Assembly (NCBI GenBank): GCA_027620655.1
Contig: JAQCDS010000003.1
Span: forward strand, 10,449-74,448
Length of the DNA: 64,000 nt
Source of the DNA: Bacteroidota bacterium
Lineage (GTDB): Bacteria; Bacteroidota; Bacteroidia; Flavobacteriales; Flavobacteriaceae
Reading direction: 5' to 3'
How positions within the stretch are numbered: the stretch's first letter is position 1; each line of letters starts with the position of its first letter. A program made the position numbers and the translations under genes. The notes under the pieces were generated by a model. The model did not search any database and was not told the DNA's origin. It saw nothing but the letters and a program-made list of their open reading frames with translations. Positions 8,962 to 19,205 of this stretch are shown here, in pieces.

Positions 8962-9963
8962 TTAAACAAGGTAGAAGAATGTAAACACAAATACCCATAC
9001 CAAATCTACAAAGTGCCAGTAAAGCCCTACTTTTTCAACCATTTCATAATTTTTTCTACGCTCGTATGTTCCAATAATAACATTAAAGAAAATAATGATA
9101 TTAATGACAACTCCAGAAAATACGTGAAATCCGTGAAACCCTGTAATAAAGAAGAAAAAGTCTGCAAATAATGGTGTCCCATATTCATTGACTTCCAAAT
9201 TGGCTCCTTTTACATAACGCTTCCCATTAGCTTTCAATTGTGCTAAGGATTCTTCTCTTGATAAAACTGTTTTTTCTCCTTCTTCATTAATGGTTTGAGT
9301 GCGTACCAAAATGTTTGGATGTGACTCTAATCCATGATAAATATCTTCTACAGAATAGGCTGGTAAAGCGCTTTCATCTACAAACCAAAGTCCATTTTTG
9401 TTTTGGTGTTGTGTGCGTTCGGTGTGAGCGGCTACGGCAAATTCTTCTACGGCTACTCTTTTAAAAACATCTTCGCCATCTACATTTTTGTACTCGCCAA
9501 ACTGTAGAATATTTCCTCCTTTTGTTTGCACAGCACCATAATCTCCTTGAATAAATGTTGCCCATTCCCATGCTTGAGATCCTACAAATATGATTCCACC
9601 AATAATTGTAAAAAACATGTACCATATGACTTTGTTTTTTTGCATTTGATGTCCTGCATCAACCGCTAGCACCATTGTTACGGATGACATAATCAGTACA
9701 AACGTCATAAAAGCAACATAAATCATAGGGAGTTCTTGGCCATGTAAAAAAGGAACGTGTGTAAAAACCTCATCAGCAATAGGCCAATAGTCTATAAATT
9801 TAAATCGTGAAAATCCATAAGCGGCCAAAAAGCCAGAAAATGTTAAAGCATCTGAAACAATGAAAAACCACATCATCATTTTTCCATAACTTGCTTTTAG
9901 TGGCTGATTGCCTCCGCCCCAAGTTTTCCCTTCTGTTCCTGTGCTAACTACCGTAGAATTCAT
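8962..9963 (-). CDS. Cytochrome c oxidase subunit III-like protein with a large hydrophilic insertion
   Basis: CoxIII C-terminal signature GFHGFHV...YWHFVDLVWVFVF. About 125 hydrophilic residues (aa ~139-263) lie between TM segments. Confidence 0.8.
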   Translation of the reverse strand: MNSTVVSTGTEGKTWGGGNQPLKASYGKMMMWFFIVSDALTFSGFLAAYGFSRFKFIDYWPIADEVFTHVPFLHGQELPMIYVAFMTFVLIMSSVTMVLAVDAGHQMQKNKVIWYMFFTIIGGIIFVGSQAWEWATFIQGDYGAVQTKGGNILQFGEYKNVDGEDVFKRVAVEEFAVAAHTERTQHQNKNGLWFVDESALPAYSVEDIYHGLESHPNILVRTQTINEEGEKTVLSREESLAQLKANGKRYVKGANLEVNEYGTPLFADFFFFITGFHGFHVFSGVVINIIIFFNVIIGTYERRKNYEMVEKVGLYWHFVDLVWVFVFTFFYLV

Positions 9964-10006
9964 AGTTGAAATAATTTTTTGAGTTGTGCAAAAATAATCA
10001 TTTTAT

Positions 10007-10588
10007 TTAGTTAAAGAAATATAAAAAGAAAAAGAGATACAGCCACAAAATGTCAACAAAATGCCAAAATATTGAAGCTAAATCAAATCCTAATTTATTT
10101 GTTGGTGTGTATTTCTTTTTTAAGTGATTGATAATGACTACAATAAGGCTTATTAAGCCCACCAAAACATGTAGAATATGAACTACAGCAATGATGTAAA
10201 TGTAAGACATTGTGATGTTGCTTGTTGGTCCTGTAAAATTATATCCCGATTGAATAATTTCACTAAATCCTGAAAATTGAGTGTATATAAACGCCAATCC
10301 CAAAACAAAAGTCCCCAAAAGAAGTGATACACTTAATTGGTTTTGGTGTTTCATAAGCGCTTTTTTTGAAAAATAAAGCACTAAACTGCTTACAACAATA
10401 ATAATTGTACTTGCTGTAAAAGATTCTGGAAGTTGAAAATTTGTGAGCCAATCTTCGCGAGTGCTACTTACAATAAAAGCACTTGTTAGTCCTCCAAAAG
10501 ACATAACAAGAGAAATAATTCCAAACCAGAGCATCATTTTTTTTGCTCTGATATTTTTTTCTTCTGGTGTTCCTTGTGTTAAATCCAT
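10007..10588 (-). CDS. Cytochrome c oxidase subunit III (short form)
   Basis: Five-TM protein with HILHVLVG and FWHFVDILWLYLFF motifs. Confidence 0.8.
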   Translation of the reverse strand: MDLTQGTPEEKNIRAKKMMLWFGIISLVMSFGGLTSAFIVSSTREDWLTNFQLPESFTASTIIIVVSSLVLYFSKKALMKHQNQLSVSLLLGTFVLGLAFIYTQFSGFSEIIQSGYNFTGPTSNITMSYIYIIAVVHILHVLVGLISLIVVIINHLKKKYTPTNKLGFDLASIFWHFVDILWLYLFFFLYFFN

Positions 10589-10589
10589 A

Positions 10590-11483
10590 TCAAATAAATT
10601 TATCTATAACATAGATAAGTTGTAAAACGGTAATATATATAACGCTAACGAGCATCAATTCGCGAGCAACTTTGTCTGTTTTGTGCTGAAAGAGTCTAAA
10701 ACCAAAATATAAAAAAACTAAACCTATTACGCCAATGAGTAAAGCAGCAACCAAAGAAAGTTCTAGAGCCCCTGTAAAACCAAAAGCTGGAACTAAAGAA
10801 ATTAAAACAGTCCAGCTGATATAAATAATGATTTGTAAAATGGTGCCTCTATCTTTTGCGCCTGTTGGTAACATCAAAAATCCTGCTTTTTTATAATCGC
10901 TATCCAAAAACCATGCAATCGCCCAAAAGTGTGGAAATTGCCAAAAGAATTGCACCATAAAAAGAACCCCTGGTTCTAAATCAAACTTCCCTGTAAACGC
11001 CACCCAACCTAACATAAAAGGAATAGCGCCAGGAATGGCACCAGCAAAAACCGATAGCGGTGTTTTTTGCTTTAGGGGTGTATAAACACTGGTGTATAAA
11101 AATATTGATATGGCCGCAAACATTGCTGTTTTTGGATTAATGTAGTACAATACTGAAAGCCCAAAAACAGTCAATATAGTTCCCAAAATAAAAGCATTAG
11201 TTACCGATATTTTTGCTGTAGGTAGGGGTCTGTTTTGCGTTCGAAGCATAAGTTTATCTAAATCGCGCTCAATAATTTGATTAAAGACATTGGAGGCGCC
11301 TACCATACAATAGCCCCCAATAGCAAGCAAGACTAAAATCAAATAATCCACTTGGACTGCAGCGAGCAGATATCCTGCAATAGACGAAAAAACAACACTC
11401 AAAGACAAGCCCATTTTTGTGATGGCTTTAAAATCCTGAAAGCGACTAGCAACACTTATGGATGGGACAGCTTGTTGGTTCAT
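10590..11483 (-). CDS. cyoE: Protoheme IX farnesyltransferase (heme O synthase)
   Basis: UbiA-family motifs NQIIERDLDKLMLRTQNRPLP. First gene of the cox accessory string. Confidence 0.9.
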   Translation of the reverse strand: MNQQAVPSISVASRFQDFKAITKMGLSLSVVFSSIAGYLLAAVQVDYLILVLLAIGGYCMVGASNVFNQIIERDLDKLMLRTQNRPLPTAKISVTNAFILGTILTVFGLSVLYYINPKTAMFAAISIFLYTSVYTPLKQKTPLSVFAGAIPGAIPFMLGWVAFTGKFDLEPGVLFMVQFFWQFPHFWAIAWFLDSDYKKAGFLMLPTGAKDRGTILQIIIYISWTVLISLVPAFGFTGALELSLVAALLIGVIGLVFLYFGFRLFQHKTDKVARELMLVSVIYITVLQLIYVIDKFI

Positions 11484-11512
11484 AAAAAGAAGAATGCTTC
11501 TGATTTGCGCTG

Positions 11513-11520
11513 CAAAGATA
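11513..11520 (-). promoter_or_regulatory. Bacteroidetes -7 promoter box for cyoE
   Basis: Minus strand reads TATCTTTG (consensus TAnnTTTG), 30 nt upstream of the ATG at 11483. Confidence 0.45.
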
Positions 11521-11590
11521 ATCCTTAATTGCGTCTAAATCAATATATTCTTTAAAGAAATAAGGAGCGATTAATTATAATTAAAATCGT

Positions 11591-12138
11591 CTATTCCCTC
11601 TTGCTTTTATATATTTCATAACAGATGCATTTTTCATATTCTGGATAATCTTTCAAGTTAGGATGTTTAAATTCCCCAATCTTTTTCATTCCTATCTTTT
11701 TCATAACGTTTTCAGATTTTTTGTTATTCATTGTACATGTGGAGATAATCTTTTCTATTTTAAGTTTGTCAAAAGCAAATTCCAAACACCTCTTTGCTGC
11801 CTCAGTTGCATACCTTTCCCCCAAGCGCTTTTTTTAAGGCGCCAACCAATATCCACAGCAGGTGTAAAGTCTGATTTATAGACTTGATTTGCTAATCCAA
11901 TAAACCCTATTAACTCTCTGGTTTCTAAAACTTCTGTTACAAAATAATTGTAACCATTTTTGGTAAAATGTAATATTAGTCGGTCAATAAATTTTGAAGT
12001 TTCTGCTTCGGTTAATGGTTTTGGTAAATATTCCATTACCTCCAAATCTGAATTTATTCTAGAAAATTCTAATAAATCGTTCTCCTGCCAATTGCGAAAG
12101 CCTAGACGTTGAGATTTAAAAATGTATTCTTTTTTCAA
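11591..12138 (-). pseudogene. GNAT-family N-acetyltransferase (RimJ/RimL-like) with its frame broken by a 1-nt deletion
   Basis: Track ORFs 11755..12138 and 11591..11824 are the two halves. Frame 1 ends ...DIGWRLKKSAWGKG and frame 2 continues YATEAAKRCLEFAF, which restores the GNAT motif WGKGYATEA. The break lies within tgggggaaaggtatgca (~11815-11830). Confidence 0.7.
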
Positions 12139-12164
12139 TTTCTGGAATTTAAAAATGTATAGAA

Positions 12165-14783
12165 CTACAATATAAATCTATAGGTTGCTTTAATCAAAAA
12201 TATATTTTGAGGTTGCTGATCCAAAATCCCTGTTTGAAATCCATCAACAAGGCCTTCGCTTGTAGAAATATTGGCTCTTGTCCCTTGAGACCAGACCAAA
12301 AACAACTCAGATCCAGGAATATATTCCCAACGCATTACTAAATTTGAATTGAATTGGACATAAGAAAAATCAGGATTACTAAAACTATAATCCAAAATCC
12401 CATCAGAATTTTCATCAACCTCAAAAGAACCATTATTAAGATCTATTTCTGAAGGATCAAAAGCATAAAAACGATCGTTTAATCTATCAGCAGTAGCATT
12501 TGTAACGTATTTGAAATCAGAATAGCGCCCTCTGGAAATAAAAGGTTGTGCATAATATTGAATCGTAAGGTTGGGATTAATGGTGTAGTTTATACGAAAA
12601 GAAGCACTAAGCGTTTGGTTATCAATTGTCCCTAATATGTAGCGCTTTGAATTGTTGTAGTCTACTTGTGTGACATATTGTGTCTTGTTTGGTCGAGATT
12701 CAAATTCGGGAGCAATAGAAATATTTAATACATTTATAGGCTGATAATTCAATCTTGCTTCTAGTTTAAGAAAAGAAAAATTATCTTCTGCTGCTTGAGA
12801 ATGAATAACGCAAAATCTTGCTAAAAACTTTTTTCTATCGTCTGAATTAATAAATAAAAATTTAAAATTTTCTTTAGAAAATCGCCATCGTGGACCCCCA
12901 CGTAAAGCCGAGTTCAAGAAAATTCTTGGTTTGTGTGTCAAGCCAATACTCATGCCCCAGTTGTTTAAAAAATTAAGCCTTGAGCGAAAATCATATTGTG
13001 TTCTATTGTGATTTCCTTCAAAGTCATAGGATGTAAATTGATTAAACCTTAGGGATAAATCTCTAAAAACAGAAACTGGCTTTGCGATGTTATAGCTCAG
13101 ATTAAAAAATTGAAATTTTTGATCTGCTCGTCGTAAAAATCCAATATCATTGAGTTCTAATTCGGGAGAAGACCATTTGAACCCTGTATCGTAATTCCAG
13201 TTTTTGCCTCCAACTTTTCCAATTTCAAAAAGTCCGCCAGTGCCTGTAAGTGACGTCCTAATGGGATCCACTTCAAGATGAGAGGCATCAACTCTATTAA
13301 AAAGGTGCGTCAAATTCTCTTGAGTAGACTGTATGGCTTCTGGACTTCCATTGACATGACTCACTACAAAATTTGTTTGTACATAATAGGCACGATTTTT
13401 CCATTGATGTTTAAAATCAACCCCACCCGAATAGGCCGATTTTCTTAGTCCTGATGTCACTTCAGAAATAGAACGGTTTGTTGCTGTGAATATTCCGCCC
13501 AAAAACGTATTTCTTTCGTTCATGTCTTTTTGGACTCTTCCAACAAAGTAATTTGTGAAAGGTTCTGCCTCTGCTTCACTAATCGTTCCATTGGAATTAA
13601 TTTCAACATACTCCTTACTTGTCATGCTTTCTAAAACACCAATAGACCAACCATTCTTAGTTTTTCCGCTAAATTTTGCAGCACCTAAAATCGTTGTATT
13701 TTGTGGCCGATCTGTATATGACCCAGATGGTGTGGAAGGATACACCTGTGGCGATCTTCCTATTCTTCTTGAAAAAAATAAATTATCCCTATTGCCTGCA
13801 AAACGATAATCAAAAATATTTTTGTTTTCAACAAAAAATGGGCGTTGCTCTCTATTAAAAACTTCAAACCCATCCAATGCAATAGCTGCAGGATCGGCTT
13901 CTACTTGACCAAAATCTGGATTTACAGTTACATCTAATGTTAAATCATTAGTGACCCCAATTTTAGCATCTAGGCCTGCATTAATTTTATAGTCGCGTCC
14001 ATCTTTGTAGGGATTACCTTGTTCGGCCTTATAAGTTTGTAGTTGTGCTACAGTAAAAGGTTGTACTTCAAGTTGCTTTTGAGGTTTAATATTTTTAATT
14101 CCTCTGAGCTCACCAGCTTCGCTAACCCACCCTGCAGAGCCTACAGGAATTCTATCCCATGCCGATAATTCATTTTCTCTAAAGAGATTTCGAGCAACAT
14201 TCAGCCCCCAGATTTGTTCTTGAGCATCTCCAAAACGCAATTGACTCAAAGGGATTTTGAGTTCAGCAGACCACCCCTGAGAAATAATTTGAGCTTTTGT
14301 ACTCCATATGGGGTTCCAACTGTCGTCAATATCTTCACCATTTTCTGTGATAAGTTCATCGCCTCGAACTCCTGCAGCAGTTACCGTAAATAGAAATGCT
14401 GTACGAAGATCATGATAGCTATCTATTAGTATATTGACTCTATCGCCTTCAAAACCATCACGTCTAGAAAGTCTTTTTGTTATTGTTTCAGGGGCAGAAT
14501 CTAAAGCCAAAATTGCAATATATAAATGCTTTTGATCGTATAAAATTTTAAATTTTGTTTGCTCTGTTGGAGGGGTATTTTCATCTGGGTTTACTTCAAT
14601 AAAGTCAGCTCCCCATTCTACCAAATCCCAAATACTATCCCCCAAAAAACCATCTATTTTTGGCGCATTATCAGGTTTAATTTCTTTTGTAAAATATTGT
14701 TTTGGTGGAATTTTTTGAGAAAAAACAATTAACGGCAAAAAGAACGCTATTATTAGGTATTTCTCAAAAAAGAGTTTTTTCAT
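12165..14783 (-). CDS. DUF5916 / CBM9-like domain outer-membrane-type protein (872 aa)
   Basis: Signal peptide. N-terminal carbohydrate-binding-family-9-like segment (IDGFLGDSIWDLVEW...), long beta-rich C-terminal region ending in aromatic residues. Confidence 0.55.
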   Translation of the reverse strand: MKKLFFEKYLIIAFFLPLIVFSQKIPPKQYFTKEIKPDNAPKIDGFLGDSIWDLVEWGADFIEVNPDENTPPTEQTKFKILYDQKHLYIAILALDSAPETITKRLSRRDGFEGDRVNILIDSYHDLRTAFLFTVTAAGVRGDELITENGEDIDDSWNPIWSTKAQIISQGWSAELKIPLSQLRFGDAQEQIWGLNVARNLFRENELSAWDRIPVGSAGWVSEAGELRGIKNIKPQKQLEVQPFTVAQLQTYKAEQGNPYKDGRDYKINAGLDAKIGVTNDLTLDVTVNPDFGQVEADPAAIALDGFEVFNREQRPFFVENKNIFDYRFAGNRDNLFFSRRIGRSPQVYPSTPSGSYTDRPQNTTILGAAKFSGKTKNGWSIGVLESMTSKEYVEINSNGTISEAEAEPFTNYFVGRVQKDMNERNTFLGGIFTATNRSISEVTSGLRKSAYSGGVDFKHQWKNRAYYVQTNFVVSHVNGSPEAIQSTQENLTHLFNRVDASHLEVDPIRTSLTGTGGLFEIGKVGGKNWNYDTGFKWSSPELELNDIGFLRRADQKFQFFNLSYNIAKPVSVFRDLSLRFNQFTSYDFEGNHNRTQYDFRSRLNFLNNWGMSIGLTHKPRIFLNSALRGGPRWRFSKENFKFLFINSDDRKKFLARFCVIHSQAAEDNFSFLKLEARLNYQPINVLNISIAPEFESRPNKTQYVTQVDYNNSKRYILGTIDNQTLSASFRINYTINPNLTIQYYAQPFISRGRYSDFKYVTNATADRLNDRFYAFDPSEIDLNNGSFEVDENSDGILDYSFSNPDFSYVQFNSNLVMRWEYIPGSELFLVWSQGTRANISTSEGLVDGFQTGILDQQPQNIFLIKATYRFIL

Positions 14784-14824
14784 TTTGCTTATTAAGTAGG
14801 GTTATGGTGCAAATATTTCATGTG

Positions 14825-14832
14825 CAAATGTA
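14825..14832 (-). promoter_or_regulatory. Bacteroidetes -7 box for the DUF5916 gene
   Basis: Minus strand TACATTTG, 42 nt upstream of the ATG at 14783. Confidence 0.4.
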
Positions 14833-14944
14833 CAAGACTGAAATTTATATACTCAATCTATTTAGAAAAGTTTAACTCATTTTAGGTGATAACAGAGAGA
14901 ATATCACTTAAAAACTTCATAAAAAAAATAAGCAGTACAAGATT

Positions 14945-14975
14945 TTGTTAATAACAATTTATAATTGTAGATTTG
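14945..14975 (+). promoter_or_regulatory. Bacteroidetes-type promoter of rplM-rpsI (-33 TTG plus -7 TAGATTTG)
   Basis: TTG at 14945-14947 and TAGATTTG at 14968-14975, 20 nt apart. The -7 box is 48 nt upstream of the GTG start. Confidence 0.5.
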
Positions 14976-15022
14976 CAAACTCTTTTTTTGGGAGTAATGT
15001 ATAATTAGAAAAATATTTTAAC

Positions 15023-15478
15023 GTGGACACACTAAGCTATAAAACAATATCAGCAAATAAAGCGACTAGCGACAAGCAGTGGGTTTTAGTTGATGCAGAA
15101 GGACAAACGCTAGGTCGTTTGGCATCTAAAGTAGCGATTCTTCTTAGAGGAAAGCACAAGCCAAACTTTACACCACATGTTGATTGTGGTGACAATGTAA
15201 TTGTTATCAATTCTGAAAAGATCAACTTATCTGGAAATAAGTGGAATGACAAGTCTTACATACGTCATACAGGATATCCAGGAGGTCAGCGTTCTTTAAC
15301 TGCAACCGAATTGTTTGCAAAAGATCCTGCTCGATTAGTAGAAAAGTCTGTAAAAGGAATGCTCCCTAAAAATAAATTAGGTGCTGCGTTATTTCGCAAC
15401 TTAGACGTTGTTGTTGGTGCAGAACACAAACACGAAGCACAACAACCAAAAACAATTAATTTAAACGAAGTTAACTAA
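15023..15478 (+). CDS. rplM: 50S ribosomal protein L13
   Basis: [35 protein letters not shown]... is a canonical L13. GTG start. Confidence 0.95.
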   Translation: MDTLSYKTISANKATSDKQWVLVDAEGQTLGRLASKVAILLRGKHKPNFTPHVDCGDNVIVINSEKINLSGNKWNDKSYIRHTGYPGGQRSLTATELFAKDPARLVEKSVKGMLPKNKLGAALFRNLDVVVGAEHKHEAQQPKTINLNEVN

Positions 15479-15864
15479 TGGAAGTTATTCACAAAATTGG
15501 TCGAAGAAAAACTGCTGTAGCAAGAGTTTATGTTTCTGAAGGAAAAGGAAACGTAACTATTAATAGTAAAGATATTAAAGACTATTTTCCAACTGCTACT
15601 CTTCAATACAAAGTAAATCAACCATTAACTCTTACAGACAATGAAGGTAACTTTGATGTAAAGGTAAATGTATACGGAGGTGGTTCAACAGGTCAGGCAG
15701 AGGCTGTTCGCCTTGCTTTATCTCGTGCTTTGTGCGAATTGAACGAAGAAAACAGAAGTATTTTGAAACCAGAAGGATTGCTTACAAGAGACCCAAGAAT
15801 GGTGGAGCGTAAGAAATTCGGACAGAAAAAAGCGCGTAAGAAATTTCAATTTTCTAAGCGTTAA
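15478..15864 (+). CDS. rpsI: 30S ribosomal protein S9
   Basis: Canonical S9 ending in ...[12 protein letters not shown]. The ATG overlaps the rplM stop (TAATG). Confidence 0.95.
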   Translation: MEVIHKIGRRKTAVARVYVSEGKGNVTINSKDIKDYFPTATLQYKVNQPLTLTDNEGNFDVKVNVYGGGSTGQAEAVRLALSRALCELNEENRSILKPEGLLTRDPRMVERKKFGQKKARKKFQFSKR

Positions 15865-15999
15865 TATATATTTTATAAACCAGTTATTGTTGTCCATGAC
15901 AGGCCAACTGTCAGGATTTAGTTTAGCATCTAAATGAATAAGGCCTAATTTTTAGCCACTTGTTCATTGCTAATTCAACAGAACGTAAACTAACACAAA

Positions 16000-16770
16000 A
16001 TGGCACAAGTAGAAGTTAAAGACTTACTAGACAATGGTGTACACTTCGGACACCTTACAAGAAAATGGGACCCCAATATGGCCCCATTCATTTACATGGA
16101 GCGCAATGGTATTCATATCATTAATCTCTACAAAACTGCTGCAAAACTTGAAGAAGCTTCAAAAGCACTAGCAAAAATTGCAGCCTCTGGACGAAAAATT
16201 CTTTTCGTTGCTACCAAAAAACAAGCAAAAGACATTGTAGCTGAAAAAGCATCAAACGTCAATATGCCATACATCACCGAACGATGGCCAGGCGGAATGC
16301 TTACAAACTTTGTAACCATCCGTAAAGCAGTTAAGAAAATGGCAGCCATCGATGGCATGAAAAAAGATGGAACATTTAATACATTATCAAAAAAAGAGCG
16401 CCTTCAAGTCGATCGTCTTAGAGCAAAGCTAGAGAAAAACTTAGGTTCTATCTCTGATATGACACGCCTTCCTGGAGCACTTTTTGTTGTTGATATTAAA
16501 AGAGAACATATTGCTATCAAAGAAGCGCAAAAATTAAATATTCCAATTTTTGCAATGGTTGACACAAACTCTGATCCTAGACAAGTAGATTTTGTAATTC
16601 CTGCAAATGATGATGCATCAAAATCTATCAATAAAATTTTATCTACGGTTACCGAAAGCATTGCCGTAGGACTAGAGAGCAGACAAGCAGAAAAAGAAGG
16701 TAAAACTCAAGACGCTGCACCAAATGGTGCTGCACCTGTTGCAGAATCTGCAAAACAAGAAGAAGAATAA
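16000..16770 (+). CDS. rpsB: 30S ribosomal protein S2
   Basis: LLDNGVHFGHLTRKWDPNMAPFIY and ERWPGGMLTNF motifs. Confidence 0.95.
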   Translation: MAQVEVKDLLDNGVHFGHLTRKWDPNMAPFIYMERNGIHIINLYKTAAKLEEASKALAKIAASGRKILFVATKKQAKDIVAEKASNVNMPYITERWPGGMLTNFVTIRKAVKKMAAIDGMKKDGTFNTLSKKERLQVDRLRAKLEKNLGSISDMTRLPGALFVVDIKREHIAIKEAQKLNIPIFAMVDTNSDPRQVDFVIPANDDASKSINKILSTVTESIAVGLESRQAEKEGKTQDAAPNGAAPVAESAKQEEE

Positions 16771-16851
16771 ATTTTTAATTTCATAAAATAATTAAAGTCG
16801 TAGAGTTCTTCATGTGAAAAATTTTCCGACTTTTTTTAAAAACTAAAAATC

Positions 16852-17817
16852 ATGACAAAGATTACAGCTGCAGAAGTAAATAAATTAAGAAAAGCCACTG
16901 GCGCAGGAATGATGGATTGCAAAAAAGCCCTTGTTGAAGCTGAAGGGGATTTTGATAAAGCAATTGATGTTTTACGCAAAAAAGGACAAAAAGTTGCCGC
17001 TAAAAGAGCTGACCGCGAATCAACAGAAGGTGCGGCGGTTGCAAAAGTAAATAGCGACAACACCTCTGGTGTGGCAATTGTTTTGGGATGTGAAACCGAC
17101 TTTGTTGGAAAAAATGAAAACTTCCTTGCTTTAGCAAACCAATTGGCAGAAATTGCTCTTGATCACGATTCTAAAGACACTTTTTTAGCTGCAGATTTTG
17201 GAGGAATGACTGTTGCAGACAAACTTATAGAACAAACTGGTGTTATTGGTGAAAAGCTAGACCTAAAAGCATTTGAAAAAGTAGAAGCTCCTTATGTAGG
17301 TGCTTACGTTCATATCAATAAAATTGCTGCTGTTGTTGGGCTTTCAGCAAATGTTGAAAATGCTGGAACACTTTCAAAGGACCTTGCAATGCAAATTGCA
17401 TCTATGGGAGCTACAAGTTTGTCATACAAAGACTTTGACCCTAGCTATGTTGCTTCTGAAACTGAAGCACGTATTGCAGTCATTGAAAAAGACAATATTG
17501 AGCTTGCTAGATTGGGGAAACCCCTTAAAAATGTACCAAAGTACATTTCTATGGCTCAATTAACCCCAGAAGTTTTAGCAGAAGCTGAAGAAGAAGCGAA
17601 AGCACAGCTAAAAGCAGAAGGAAAACCTGAACAAATTTGGGATAAAATTTTACCAGGAAAAATGGATAGATTTATCTCAGACAATACAACACTTGATAAG
17701 GAGCAGTGTTTGCTAGATCAAGACTTCATTAAAGACGAAAAAAGCACCGTTTCAAAATATGTTTCTTCTTATGGTAATGTTGAAGTTACTGGATTTAAAA
17801 GAGTTACATTAGGTTAA
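16852..17817 (+). CDS. tsf: Translation elongation factor Ts
   Basis: UBA-like N-terminus AAEVNKLRKATGAGMMDCKKAL. Classical rpsB-tsf order. Confidence 0.95.
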   Translation: MTKITAAEVNKLRKATGAGMMDCKKALVEAEGDFDKAIDVLRKKGQKVAAKRADRESTEGAAVAKVNSDNTSGVAIVLGCETDFVGKNENFLALANQLAEIALDHDSKDTFLAADFGGMTVADKLIEQTGVIGEKLDLKAFEKVEAPYVGAYVHINKIAAVVGLSANVENAGTLSKDLAMQIASMGATSLSYKDFDPSYVASETEARIAVIEKDNIELARLGKPLKNVPKYISMAQLTPEVLAEAEEEAKAQLKAEGKPEQIWDKILPGKMDRFISDNTTLDKEQCLLDQDFIKDEKSTVSKYVSSYGNVEVTGFKRVTLG

Positions 17818-17844
17818 TTCATAAGTTAACCAAACAAAAATCTA

Positions 17845-17876
17845 CCCTATGCTTAATTTTAAGTATAGGGTTTTTT
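17845..17876. terminator. Bidirectional rho-independent terminator between tsf and the antisense lipoprotein gene
   Basis: 12-bp stem ccctatgcttaa/ttaagtataggg with one G-U pair, followed by T6 (17871-17876). Confidence 0.7.
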
Positions 17877-17880
17877 CTAT

Positions 17881-18402
17881 TTAAAAAGTATGTGTTTTAA
17901 TAGAATCAATAGTTTCAAATAAAGACACCATTTGTTCTATTTCTTTAGATTCTAATTTTGTGACTTCCTCTACTGAGGGATTGGAAGGGTAAGACTTGTC
18001 CTTTAAATTGAATTTCATTCTATGGTAATCTCCGTTCGACCATAATATTATATCATTCCAGCCATTTGTAGTTTTTAAATCTACTAAAACTGGAGGACGA
18101 GTAAGAGTGAAGTTAGTAATAAGATTGAAGTTTTTATCCAAAATTAAAAGATTACATCCTCCAGAACCACAAAAATAGGGCGATGAAAACCAAACCAAAT
18201 ATTCATTAATTCCATCTCCGTTTAAGTCTGTAACTTCATATTGGAACTTTCGATCATTAGCATCTAAGGCGCTAAAATCTCCATCGCTTAAGAATTGATT
18301 CGAAATGAAATAGGCGATTTTTTGTGATGTTTCTATTGATGTTTCCGTTTTACATGAAATCATCAATATAAGGCAAAGAAAAAAATGATAATTTATCTTC
18401 AT
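17881..18402 (-). CDS. Hypothetical lipoprotein with DxDGDG (FG-GAP/Ca-binding-like) motif
   Basis: Lipobox LILMISC. Motif TDLNGDGINEYLVW. CGSGGC pair. Confidence 0.5.
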   Translation of the reverse strand: MKINYHFFLCLILMISCKTETSIETSQKIAYFISNQFLSDGDFSALDANDRKFQYEVTDLNGDGINEYLVWFSSPYFCGSGGCNLLILDKNFNLITNFTLTRPPVLVDLKTTNGWNDIILWSNGDYHRMKFNLKDKSYPSNPSVEEVTKLESKEIEQMVSLFETIDSIKTHTF

Positions 18403-18469
18403 GGAAGTTGTGTTTGTGATTTATTGGGGAGTGACAAAAATTATGCCAGTAAAAATTTAAGATATTGTT

Positions 18470-18477
18470 TATATTTG
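18470..18477 (+). promoter_or_regulatory. Bacteroidetes -7 box for pyrH-frr
   Basis: TATATTTG, 20 nt upstream of the ATG at 18497. Confidence 0.45.
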
Positions 18478-18496
18478 TGCAACGATCAAAACAATT

Positions 18497-19201
18497 ATGA
18501 CATACAAACGCATCTTACTAAAGCTTTCTGGCGAGGCACTTATGGGAACTCGACAATATGGAATAGACCCACAACGACTTTCTGAATATGCAAAAGACAT
18601 CAAAGAAATTGTTGAAAAAGGCATTGAAGTTGCCATCGTTATCGGTGGCGGTAATATCTTTAGAGGTGTTGCTGGTGCTAGTAATGGAATGGATAGAGTT
18701 CAGGGAGATCATATGGGTATGTTGGCCACGGTCATCAATGGCTTAGCTTTACAAAGTGCATTAGAAAATGAAGCGATCCCTACCCGCCTTCAGTCAGCTA
18801 TAAAAATCGATGAAGTGGCAGAGCCATTTATTCGCCGTAAAGCCATGCGTCACCTTGAAAAAGGGCGTGTTGTAATTTTTGGTGGCGGAACTGGTAACCC
18901 TTACTTTACAACAGATTCTGCAGCTGTTTTGCGTGCCATTGAAATTGAAGCTGATGTCATTTTAAAAGGAACACGAGTCGATGGCATTTATTCAGCAGAC
19001 CCCGAAAAAGATGCTTCGGCAAGCAAATTTAAAACCATTAGTTTTGAAGATGTTTTAAGCAAAGGGCTAAAAGTCATGGATACCACAGCATTTACACTCA
19101 GTCAAGAAAATGAACTCCCCATCATTGTTTTTGATATGAATCAAAAAGGGAATTTATTAAAAATTGTTTCTGGGGAAGAAATAGGAACCACAGTAAGTTA
19201 A
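18497..19201 (+). CDS. pyrH: UMP kinase
   Basis: [13 protein letters not shown]...[10 protein letters not shown] motifs. Confidence 0.95.
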   Translation: MTYKRILLKLSGEALMGTRQYGIDPQRLSEYAKDIKEIVEKGIEVAIVIGGGNIFRGVAGASNGMDRVQGDHMGMLATVINGLALQSALENEAIPTRLQSAIKIDEVAEPFIRRKAMRHLEKGRVVIFGGGTGNPYFTTDSAAVLRAIEIEADVILKGTRVDGIYSADPEKDASASKFKTISFEDVLSKGLKVMDTTAFTLSQENELPIIVFDMNQKGNLLKIVSGEEIGTTVS

Positions 19202-19205
19202 AAAA

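Noticed and set aside
10263-10451. 62-aa same-strand ORF inside the short CoxIII gene
   Set aside because: It is an alternative frame within a clearly coding CoxIII gene and has no independent signals.
15865-15999. Possible rpsB ribosomal-protein leader structure (hairpin TGACAG-gccaa-CTGTCA near 15897-15913)
   Set aside because: There is only one short 6-bp hairpin. It has no resemblance I can verify to the known S2 leader, and I cannot assess covariation from one sequence.
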